A DNA stretch of 64,000 nt from a bacterium (GTDB taxonomy: Bacteria; Hinthialibacterota; Hinthialibacteria; Hinthialibacterales; Hinthialibacteraceae): the NCBI GenBank assembly GCA_041946805.1, contig JBHGBC010000007.1, positions 18,723 to 82,722 on the forward strand. The letters are read 5' to 3'. Positions 56,825 to 64,000 of this stretch are shown here, one piece after another. The translations under genes and the position numbers were made by a program. Positions within the stretch are counted from its first letter, which is position 1, and each line of letters starts with the position of its first letter. The notes beneath the pieces were generated by a model. That model did no database searches and was not told the DNA's origin. It saw only the letters and a program-made list of their open reading frames with translations.

Positions 56825-59128
56825 TTACCGCGGCCGGCCGGGTTTCACCACGTCGTTGCCGCGCTCGGGAGGCGTGACCTCCAGGCGGGTGATTTTGCCG
56901 TCCCGGTATTCGCATTCCACCACGGTTCGCCGCGGAGCGCGCAGTTTGAAGCGCACGTTCCAGTCCTTGGGCCAGGCGGGCAGAAGATGAATCTTGTTGC
57001 CATCGGTCTGCAGCGCCATGGCCTGGAGCGTCTTGATCAGGATGGACCCATGATCCTGATCGGGCACCCAGTCGTAATTCGGCCCCCAGAACGCCGGAAA
57101 GCGTGATGCCTCGTGCTTGCTGCGCGCGCGGGCCACGAGGTTTTGCCGCGCGTCTTGAGCCAATCCCAGGTACGCCATGAACACGTCATCCTGCCGCCAG
57201 CCGGAGTTGCCTTTGTCCCCGCGGTGGTTCAAAGCCTGCACCGCCAGTTCCGCGTTGGGCTTGTCGAAGGCGAAAAGCCGGAAGGGAAATACGGCGTAGA
57301 GTTCGGGATTCTCGATGTTGCGCTTGTCCTCGAACTTCTCCGCCGGGGCGAGCATGCGGACGCCGTTCTCCACGCGCGTGGGGAGATCAGGCAGCTTCTG
57401 GCGCAAGGCCGTCCAGGCGGAACGTTGCTCCGTGGAGGCCAGTTTCTGAGGCAATGCCAACAACCGCGCGCTCAAGGCATGCAGGCCGGCCAGTTCGGGC
57501 ATGGGATTGGTGCATTTCCACCAGGTTTCCACCGCCTGGGAGGGATGCATGACCAGTTTGCCGTCCGGGCCGGTTTTGTAGTACTTATCGAAGAACGTCA
57601 TGACCGCATTGGCCAAGGGAATGGCCTTGGCGGTGAGAAAGGCCTCGTCCTGGGTGTACTCGTAATAATCAAGCGCCAGCCAGGCCAGTTCGAGCCCCCC
57701 GACCCACTCCCATTTGTGATACCCGGAATCCTGCAGCGGATCCGGGCGTTGTTCGTAGGGCGTCCAGCCGTAGGTATCGCTGAACACCGCGCCCCAGAAA
57801 TAGATGCATTCGGGATAGAACGCGCCCGCGTGCTTGAAATACAGCCGGGTCCGTTCCTGGCAGAAGGGCAGCAGGGCATCGATGTACATCCGGAACAACG
57901 GCTCCATCAAGTCGAAATCGCCGGACGCGCACATGCCGTAATAGGGCAGGCGGGTGTTTTGCCACCAGTAGCCCGGCCCCCAGCGGCGGTAATCGGGACC
58001 GCCCGGCCCCTCCTCCGGCCAGTCCACTGTGAAGAGCGTCCCGTTGAACTTGATCGGATACTCTCCCCGGCCCGCGCAGGCGTTGATGAAGCGCTGCAGG
58101 GCATATCCCCGGCTGACCACGAACGCGTCGTTTTTTTCATCATCGGCGGATCGATCCGTTCCGGCGGCGGTGACATGAATCCAGCTGCGGTCCCAGAACT
58201 CGCGCCACCATTGTTCATGAGCCTGGCGGCGTGGCTCGAAAGGAACCTGGCGCGCCTCGTCCATGGCCTGATCCAGTGCCTGCAGCCATTCCTCCGGCGT
58301 GGCGGGATGTCTCGTCATGACACCTATATCAAACCGGTGCGACATGGCTGCGGGCGAGGCCAGCGTCCGGTCATCGATCCGTTGGCCGTTTTCGGCGCGG
58401 ATCACCGCCCCGAAGATCCGGTTCAGCAGAGGATCGGTTTTCAGTAAACTGGACAATCCTTGGACTTTCAGGGTCAACTCGGGACCCACGGATTTTTTGT
58501 TGTGGTGATACCAGCCGATGCGGTCCCGCAGCCCGGTCAACAGGGTATCCGGTTCCACGATCGTGGAGCCGTGTTTCTGATCGGGCCGGGTATGGTCCAG
58601 CATGACATCGCTGACCTCGATGGAGGGCAGTTCGTAGGGTTCCGTTCGCCACAGTTCGATCTTCGCGGTGGCGGTAACCGATTGCGGGCTGTCGACCGTG
58701 ACATGAATCAGCGGGCGGTTGGCGTCAACCCAGAGAGACAATTGCGTGGCGGCCTCGCCTTTGCCAAACCGGACGTACAAAGTGGCGTCGGCCAGCGACA
58801 ACGTCTGCTTGAAGCCTTCCTTTGCATCGGGGGCGGGATCAAGGTGGACGCGCACCCGGCCGGCTTTCACCAAGCGGCCGTTGTCATCCCAGAAATCGGT
58901 CCGGCTGATATAAAATAACAGATCGCCGCCCGCTTCCACCCAGGCGTTCAAACCGATGGCGCCATTGCCCAAGGGGACCGATCCGGCCGGGCCGCCGCCG
59001 GGCGAATCCCAGACCACGTCATACCGGCCGGCCGAAGCCTCCCCCGCCGCCGGGTCCGCCGCGGCGATTCCCGAAATCCAGAGTGCGGTCAGGATCACAC
59101 TGGCCAATCCCGCGAGTGGTTTCATCAT
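56825..59128 (-). CDS. Secreted GH95-like / DUF5703 six-hairpin glycosidase
   Basis: 'SVPLGNGAIGLNAW', 'PIKFNG', 'WWQNTRLPY', 'ENPELYAVFPF', 'IHLLPAWPKDW'. Confidence 0.8.
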   Translation of the reverse strand: MMKPLAGLASVILTALWISGIAAADPAAGEASAGRYDVVWDSPGGGPAGSVPLGNGAIGLNAWVEAGGDLLFYISRTDFWDDNGRLVKAGRVRVHLDPAPDAKEGFKQTLSLADATLYVRFGKGEAATQLSLWVDANRPLIHVTVDSPQSVTATAKIELWRTEPYELPSIEVSDVMLDHTRPDQKHGSTIVEPDTLLTGLRDRIGWYHHNKKSVGPELTLKVQGLSSLLKTDPLLNRIFGAVIRAENGQRIDDRTLASPAAMSHRFDIGVMTRHPATPEEWLQALDQAMDEARQVPFEPRRQAHEQWWREFWDRSWIHVTAAGTDRSADDEKNDAFVVSRGYALQRFINACAGRGEYPIKFNGTLFTVDWPEEGPGGPDYRRWGPGYWWQNTRLPYYGMCASGDFDLMEPLFRMYIDALLPFCQERTRLYFKHAGAFYPECIYFWGAVFSDTYGWTPYEQRPDPLQDSGYHKWEWVGGLELAWLALDYYEYTQDEAFLTAKAIPLANAVMTFFDKYYKTGPDGKLVMHPSQAVETWWKCTNPMPELAGLHALSARLLALPQKLASTEQRSAWTALRQKLPDLPTRVENGVRMLAPAEKFEDKRNIENPELYAVFPFRLFAFDKPNAELAVQALNHRGDKGNSGWRQDDVFMAYLGLAQDARQNLVARARSKHEASRFPAFWGPNYDWVPDQDHGSILIKTLQAMALQTDGNKIHLLPAWPKDWNVRFKLRAPRRTVVECEYRDGKITRLEVTPPERGNDVVKPGRPR

Positions 59129-59381
59129 CTCGGACCTCCCTGCTCTCGATATCGATCTGAGATCAGACTATCAAAATAAAGCAGATTGGGCTACACCGCT
59201 TGATCCGAACGTGGAGGGAATGCTCATGTTTCCGGTTTTTTTGGATTTATCCCGTAAGCGGGCCGGATTGCGAACCGTTTGGTTCTTCTTGAAAACATGG
59301 ACGCGCCAGCCGGATGAGCCTTATAATCGGATTGGTTGGCGGATCGGACACTTCATCCTTCCCTCGCAAGGGAGAACCACC

Positions 59382-60824
59382 ATGACTGGACGCGCTTGCC
59401 GTTCCCGGATCCCGCATCGTTTTTCATGCCGATGGCTGACAAGCTTCTCTCCCGTACTCTGGATCTGGTTTTTGGTTCTGATCCCCCATTCATCCCTGGC
59501 CCAATCCATCCCTTATCCCGGCGCGTTCGCGTTCATCCAGGTCCCTGTTCCCCTTGCGGGTATCAATCCCACCTTCCCGCTGGTTGACGCTCCTCTGCCC
59601 GCCGCGGGCGCGCCGTTCTGGGATCCGCGCTTCGGCACGCTGCAAACCCGGGTGACCGAGACGGATGGCATCAACAGCCGCCATGAGTATTCCCGCTTCG
59701 ATCCGTTCAATGCGGACGGCTCCATGATCCTGCTGCTCAATGAAGACGGCGGTTTCATCGTGTACCGCACCGCGGCGATGCCCTACAACCAGGAAGCCAA
59801 CCGCGTCCTCAACCTGGACATTCAGGAACCCCGCTGGGACGCCGCCGATCCCCGTCTCGTGTGGGGACTTCAGGACTATCAAATTGTCACTGTGGATGTT
59901 TCCACCGGACAACGCGCCGTCATCAAGGACTTCACCTTGGATCCGGTTATCGGCCCGGTCATCCAAAACTCCACGGTGTACCGGATCACCACCCAGGAGG
60001 AAGGCGAGGCCTCCCAGGATTTCCGTTATTGGGTTTTCATGCTCCAGGGCGATGCCCGGGCCGATTATTTGCCGTTATATTTCTTCACCTGGGACCGGGA
60101 GACCGGCACGGTTCCGGGAGTGTATCCGCTTCCCGAGACCGAGCGGGCGATTGACTGGGTGGGCATGTCGTGTCTGGGGAACTATGTCCTCATCGGCGGG
60201 GACCCGGGGAACACCGGCAACACGAAAGGTTTGACCCTGGCCAACCGCGAGCTGAACCGCTTTCACCAACTCGCTTACGATACGGCGCATTCCGATGTGG
60301 GGCTCGACGCCGGCGGCCGCGAAGTGATCGTCATGCAGAACAGCCGCACGGATTACGTGGACCTGATCCCTCTCGATTGGACCACGCGGCCCGTCCTCGG
60401 GAGCAACGGTTACGCGACATCCGGCATCATCCCCTTGATCCGGCTTTTTTACAGCAGCGATTCCCCGCAGGGATTGCAGAGCGGTGTGCATATATCCTGT
60501 AATTATCCCGGGTACGCCGTCATCTCCACGACCATCGAGCCGGGGCGGCCGGAACAAAATTGGTTGGACCGCTCGATGGTTCTGGCCCGGCTGGACAAGG
60601 CCGAACCGGACGTGTATTACCTGGCCAAGCAGCACAACACCACGGGATCGTATTGGGAAGAAACTCACGCCGCGATCACCCGGGATGGGAGTAAGATCGT
60701 CTGGGCCGACAACTGGGGCCAAAACATCGGAGAAAACCGGATGTTTCTGATGCAGCTGGATATGCCGCCGCGGTGGACATCCATCATTACAGGCATCGGG
60801 GATTGGATGTTGATCGGCGGCTGA
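59382..60824 (+). CDS. Secreted hypothetical beta-propeller-like protein
   Basis: GGAG RBS; signal peptide ending 'SLAQ'; 'RHEYSRFDPFNADGS', 'EETHAAITRDGSKIVWADNW'; C-terminus 'TGIGDWMLIGG'. Confidence 0.75.
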   Translation: MTGRACRSRIPHRFSCRWLTSFSPVLWIWFLVLIPHSSLAQSIPYPGAFAFIQVPVPLAGINPTFPLVDAPLPAAGAPFWDPRFGTLQTRVTETDGINSRHEYSRFDPFNADGSMILLLNEDGGFIVYRTAAMPYNQEANRVLNLDIQEPRWDAADPRLVWGLQDYQIVTVDVSTGQRAVIKDFTLDPVIGPVIQNSTVYRITTQEEGEASQDFRYWVFMLQGDARADYLPLYFFTWDRETGTVPGVYPLPETERAIDWVGMSCLGNYVLIGGDPGNTGNTKGLTLANRELNRFHQLAYDTAHSDVGLDAGGREVIVMQNSRTDYVDLIPLDWTTRPVLGSNGYATSGIIPLIRLFYSSDSPQGLQSGVHISCNYPGYAVISTTIEPGRPEQNWLDRSMVLARLDKAEPDVYYLAKQHNTTGSYWEETHAAITRDGSKIVWADNWGQNIGENRMFLMQLDMPPRWTSIITGIGDWMLIGG

Positions 60825-60858
60825 AGGCCATGGATATGGGATCTTCTGGCCAGTGAAA

Positions 60859-60892
60859 GTAGGATGGATTAGCGCGCAGCGTGTAACCCATC
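60859..60892. repeat. GTAG-type REP
   Basis: GTAG + GATGGATTA..TAACCCATC palindrome, the classic GTAG-tetranucleotide REP architecture. Confidence 0.7.
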
Positions 60893-60916
60893 AACAACTC
60901 TCTCACGCTTTTCCAT

Positions 60917-60951
60917 CCCCTCTCCCTCCGGGAGAGGGCGAGGGTGAGGGA
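60917..60951. repeat. REP-like palindrome
   Basis: CCCCTCTCCCTCCGGGAGAGGGCGAGGGTGAGGGA. Confidence 0.85.
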
Positions 60952-61022
60952 AATAAATAGATTGCAAAATCAAATACACATTTCCTGGAAGAACCCATTT
61001 ATATCACAATAAAGGAGCCATT

Positions 61023-61958
61023 ATGTCCCCTATTTCACGCCGCGGTTTTCTTCGCGTCATCGGAGTGAGCGGCATGGCCGTGAGTGCGAATGGCGCCAGG
61101 ATCACCGCCGCGGAGACGCAACCCTCAACGCCAACCACCCGGTATCTGGCCGCCTACGACACGGAATCGCCCGGCTGCTTGGCCGCCTGCCGGAAAATCG
61201 TTGAAGCGCACAAACGCTTTGCCATGCCCGCGACGTTTTTCATCACCGGGAAAACGTTGGAAGCTAACGCCGCCGAGTACCGGGAACTGTTCGGCCACCC
61301 CCTCTTCGAAGTGGCCTCGCATACGTATTCCCACCGCATGTTGAAGGACAATCCCATCTGCGGCCTGGCCATCGCCCTGGATGAAAAACGGGTGGAAATC
61401 TGCAAGAGCAAAGAAATCATCGAAGGCGTTTTCCAGCGGCCTTGCCTGGGACTGCGGCCCGGCTGCGGATTCGCCGATGGCTTTCGCGGCGCGCCGGAGT
61501 TGCTGGGCCTGATCGCGGAAGCGGGATACGCCTACACCAGCAGCTGGCTCTGGGGGCCGGATTATTCTCTCCCCGCTCTGCTGACCGAACCGTTCCGCTA
61601 TGAAAAGGAAGGTTTTCCGGACCTGTGGGAACTGCCCGGACACGGCTGGCATGAAAATCTACTGAAGAACAATAACAAAATGGGTCCCCGCCGGCTCACG
61701 TTATGGCCTCCCGAGATGCCCGAAGCCATCCCCGGGCATTATCTGACCACTGCCGAGGAAGAATTCGCCGTTAACCGGGTGTTTATCGACAAAGCCGTGA
61801 CGGAAAAAAAGCCGTATGTGACCCTGATCTGGCATCCCTGGTCGCTGAACCTGTTCGATCCCGCCATGAAGATGCTCGAGCTGACGTTTCAATATGTCCG
61901 GGATCAACGCCTGGAGGCATGCACGTTCCAGAACATGTACGAACACCTGTCAACATGA
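61023..61958 (+). CDS. Tat-exported polysaccharide deacetylase (CE4/NodB-like)
   Basis: 'SRRGFL' twin-arginine signal; 'YDTE', 'ATFFITG', 'EVASHTYSH', 'LIWHPW'. Confidence 0.82.
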   Translation: MSPISRRGFLRVIGVSGMAVSANGARITAAETQPSTPTTRYLAAYDTESPGCLAACRKIVEAHKRFAMPATFFITGKTLEANAAEYRELFGHPLFEVASHTYSHRMLKDNPICGLAIALDEKRVEICKSKEIIEGVFQRPCLGLRPGCGFADGFRGAPELLGLIAEAGYAYTSSWLWGPDYSLPALLTEPFRYEKEGFPDLWELPGHGWHENLLKNNNKMGPRRLTLWPPEMPEAIPGHYLTTAEEEFAVNRVFIDKAVTEKKPYVTLIWHPWSLNLFDPAMKMLELTFQYVRDQRLEACTFQNMYEHLST

Positions 61959-62028
61959 ACTCCCTATTTGAATCGGGGATACACGTGGGCGTACGGGAGG
62001 AGGGTTTTTCCATAATGGACAAGAAGAG

Positions 62029-62394
62029 TCAGTCCAGCACGTTTTGAATGGTCTCTTCCAAAATCTGCAGCGTGAAGGGTTTGGGCAGGACGCCCTGAAA
62101 GCCTTTCTCCCGCATTTCCTCCTCGCTGATGGCTGAACCATAACCGCTCGCGATCAACGCGGGAAGGCCGGAATGCTTGCGGATTTGCTCCAGGCATTCA
62201 TATCCGTTCATTTCCGGCATGCTGATGTCCAGGATGACCAGGGATAATTCGTTTTGATGGGTGAGAAACGTCTCGAGCGCTTGCCGTCCGTCCTTGGCGA
62301 GGATGACGTCGAAATCCAGATGATTCAACATGGCCTTCGCCACGTTCCGGACCATTTCCTCATCGTCAGCGAGCAATACTTGACGCTTTTTCAT
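62029..62394 (-). CDS. Single-domain response regulator (REC)
   Basis: 'VLLADDE', 'VILDISMPEMNG', 'ASGY', 'LPKPF'. Confidence 0.92.
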   Translation of the reverse strand: MKKRQVLLADDEEMVRNVAKAMLNHLDFDVILAKDGRQALETFLTHQNELSLVILDISMPEMNGYECLEQIRKHSGLPALIASGYGSAISEEEMREKGFQGVLPKPFTLQILEETIQNVLD

Positions 62395-62720
62395 TATGAA
62401 GCCAGTCAGATGGATGGATTAAAAAAACGGCGCCTCATCAGCAGTCCAAATTGAAGTTAAAATAATTATTATAGTCTCCCATGATGGTCAAGTATAGTTC
62501 GTTTGGTGATTCCGAAAGACAACCGCCGCTGGCGCCGGCCGGGGCGGGATGATTGAATCGCAATACGGAAACACGCTTTCCGCGAACCATGGGAATCCTC
62601 CTGGATTTCCTCCCCTCATCCCCTCGCGTTTTCCGAGGATTGTCAATCGGACAAAGTGCTGTCACCATAGTCCTGGCAGGCATGTTTCAGGCCGGCGATT
62701 CTATCCTCCGGAGGCTCTTC

Positions 62721-63776
62721 GTGTTCCAACCCGCCGTCGTGCAGTACGCCTTGAAGGAACGTTCCGTGGAACTGCGGGAAGTGCCCATCCCCCAACTCAC
62801 GCGGGGCAATGTTTTGCTCAAGATCGCGGCGGCGGGAATTTGTGGAACGGATGTGCATCAATACCTCAATGAACATTCCTGGCCGGTCAATATCCCGGTG
62901 GTCATGGGACATGAATTCAGCGGGATTGTCCATGATACCGGGGATGGAGTGATTTCGTTCGCCCCGGGCGACCGCGTAGTCTGCGAAACCGCCGCTGTCA
63001 TCTGTGGCGATTGCTATTACTGCCGTACCGGCCAGTATCATTTCTGCGAACACCGCAAAGGCTTTGGCCAGCTGCAGGACGGCGGATTCACCCAATACGT
63101 CCAGGTTCCCGTGCGTTGTCTTCACCGCGTGCCCAAGAACCTGCCCCTGCACTTGGCGGCGCTGACCGAGCCCAGCTGCATCGCCTATCACGCCACGGCG
63201 GTCGCGGGCGATATCAAGCCGGGGATGAGCGTGGCCGTCCTGGGATGCGGGGCCGTGGGCTTGATCTGCGTCCGCCTGGCCAAATTGCAGGGAGGGGACC
63301 CGGTCATCCTCACCGGCCTGGCCCGCGATAAGACGCGCCTGCAGGTGGGTAAAAAAATGGGCGCGACTCATACCGTGGACATGGATCAGGACAACCTTTT
63401 CAGCCTGGTCCGCCAAGTTCACGACGGCAACGGCATCGACGTGGTGATCGATGTCTCGGGGCGCAACCGGACCTTGAAGGACGCCATTGACATTGTCCGG
63501 CCGGCCGGACAGATCATCCGCGCCGGCTGGGGGCCGGGGGCCTACAATTTCTCCCTCGATCCCCTGGTGCACAAAGGAGTGCGGTTGCAGGGCGTCTTCA
63601 GTCACAACTGGGAAATGTGGGAACGGGTGCTGCGCCTGCTCGATTCCGGCAAGCTGGACTTGTCTCTTCTGTCGCCGGAACGGCTCCCCCTCGAACGCTG
63701 GCAGGAGGGCTTCGAAGCCATGTGCGAATCACGCCTCATCAAGGCCATCCTCGAACCCAGCGGGAAGATGAAATGA
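62721..63776 (+). CDS. Zinc-dependent MDR alcohol dehydrogenase (sorbitol/threonine DH-like)
   Basis: 'GICGTD', 'GHEFSG', 'CGDCYYC..C', 'GCGAVG'; GTG start after GGAGG. Confidence 0.9.
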   Translation: MFQPAVVQYALKERSVELREVPIPQLTRGNVLLKIAAAGICGTDVHQYLNEHSWPVNIPVVMGHEFSGIVHDTGDGVISFAPGDRVVCETAAVICGDCYYCRTGQYHFCEHRKGFGQLQDGGFTQYVQVPVRCLHRVPKNLPLHLAALTEPSCIAYHATAVAGDIKPGMSVAVLGCGAVGLICVRLAKLQGGDPVILTGLARDKTRLQVGKKMGATHTVDMDQDNLFSLVRQVHDGNGIDVVIDVSGRNRTLKDAIDIVRPAGQIIRAGWGPGAYNFSLDPLVHKGVRLQGVFSHNWEMWERVLRLLDSGKLDLSLLSPERLPLERWQEGFEAMCESRLIKAILEPSGKMK

Positions 63777-63883
63777 GATGACAAGGAGGAGGGGGTAACT
63801 ACTTTTAGGTTTTGTTGAATTTTCGTAATACGGGATTTACTGGAATTCAGTATTGTGAATCAAGAGCCAACGGCGCGCAAAAT

Positions 63884-63906
63884 GCTAGCCCGGGGCAACG
63901 CCCTGG
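63884..63906. repeat. Palindromic repeat TAGCCCGGGGCAACGCCCTGGG
   Basis: Hairpin CCCGGGGC-AAC-GCCCTGGG; probably the same repeat system as the CGCCCTTTCAGGGC elements (inference). Confidence 0.5.
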
Positions 63907-63946
63907 GAAACGGACGAAAGAAGTAATAATCCCCTCTCCCTCGGGG

Positions 63947-64000
63947 CTACTCTCCGTACACAACCGAGGAGGTATATAATGTTACCCCAAAAACGACAAT
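63947..64000 (+). mobile_element. Probable left end of an IS4-family (IS50/Tn5-like) insertion sequence, truncated by the window
   Basis: CTACTCTCCGTACACAACC resembles the IS50 outer end CTGACTCTTATACACAAGT; it interrupts a REP; followed by GGAGG and ATG at 63979. Confidence 0.55.

Noticed and set aside
58956..59381. N-terminal extension of the 622-aa ORF
   Set aside because: Overlaps the divergent GH95-like gene and intergenic DNA; the RBS and signal peptide point to 59382
2275..63946. Recurring ~34-bp palindromes as a CRISPR array
   Set aside because: Copies are dispersed singly in intergenic regions with no regular spacers, and there are no cas genes; they behave like REPs
63943..64000. 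tRNA-Ala (begins GGGGCTA)
   Set aside because: No D-arm (TAGCTCAG..GG) or cloverleaf follows; better explained as a REP/IS junction

Overview
GC-rich bacterial chromosomal segment from a diderm (kdsB/LPS), flagellated organism with many secreted proteins. The protein style (dockerin-like tail, a C-terminal 'xDWxL' tail) is reminiscent of candidate-phylum OLB16/Hinthialibacter-type genomes, but that is unverified inference. Main blocks: (1) a sigma-54-driven flagellar hook/motor cluster, fliK-flgD-TIGR02530-flgE(994 aa)-flbD-motA-motB-motB-maf; (2) housekeeping genes bshA, folB-recG, kdsB, class II DAHP synthase and a GGQ release-factor-like gene; (3) a 3152-aa secreted beta-helix/dockerin protein; (4) several ABC and SSS transporters and glycoside-hydrolase-like proteins. 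The best candidate for an undescribed system is at 26.3-30.0 kb: a sigma-54 enhancer-binding protein with a degenerate DHH-like sensor domain sits upstream of a -24/-12 promoter that precedes a HIRAN + ARPP-1/DUF6569 fusion and a small conserved protein, which looks like an RtcR-style nucleic-acid damage or conflict response. Other notable features: a multi-hairpin leader before flgE, a family of ~210-bp TIR-bounded elements carrying REP hairpins, an IS50-like end interrupting a REP at the right edge of the window, and a 50-bp identical tract shared by the two motB paralogues. All family assignments come from motif recognition by eye; no searches were run.
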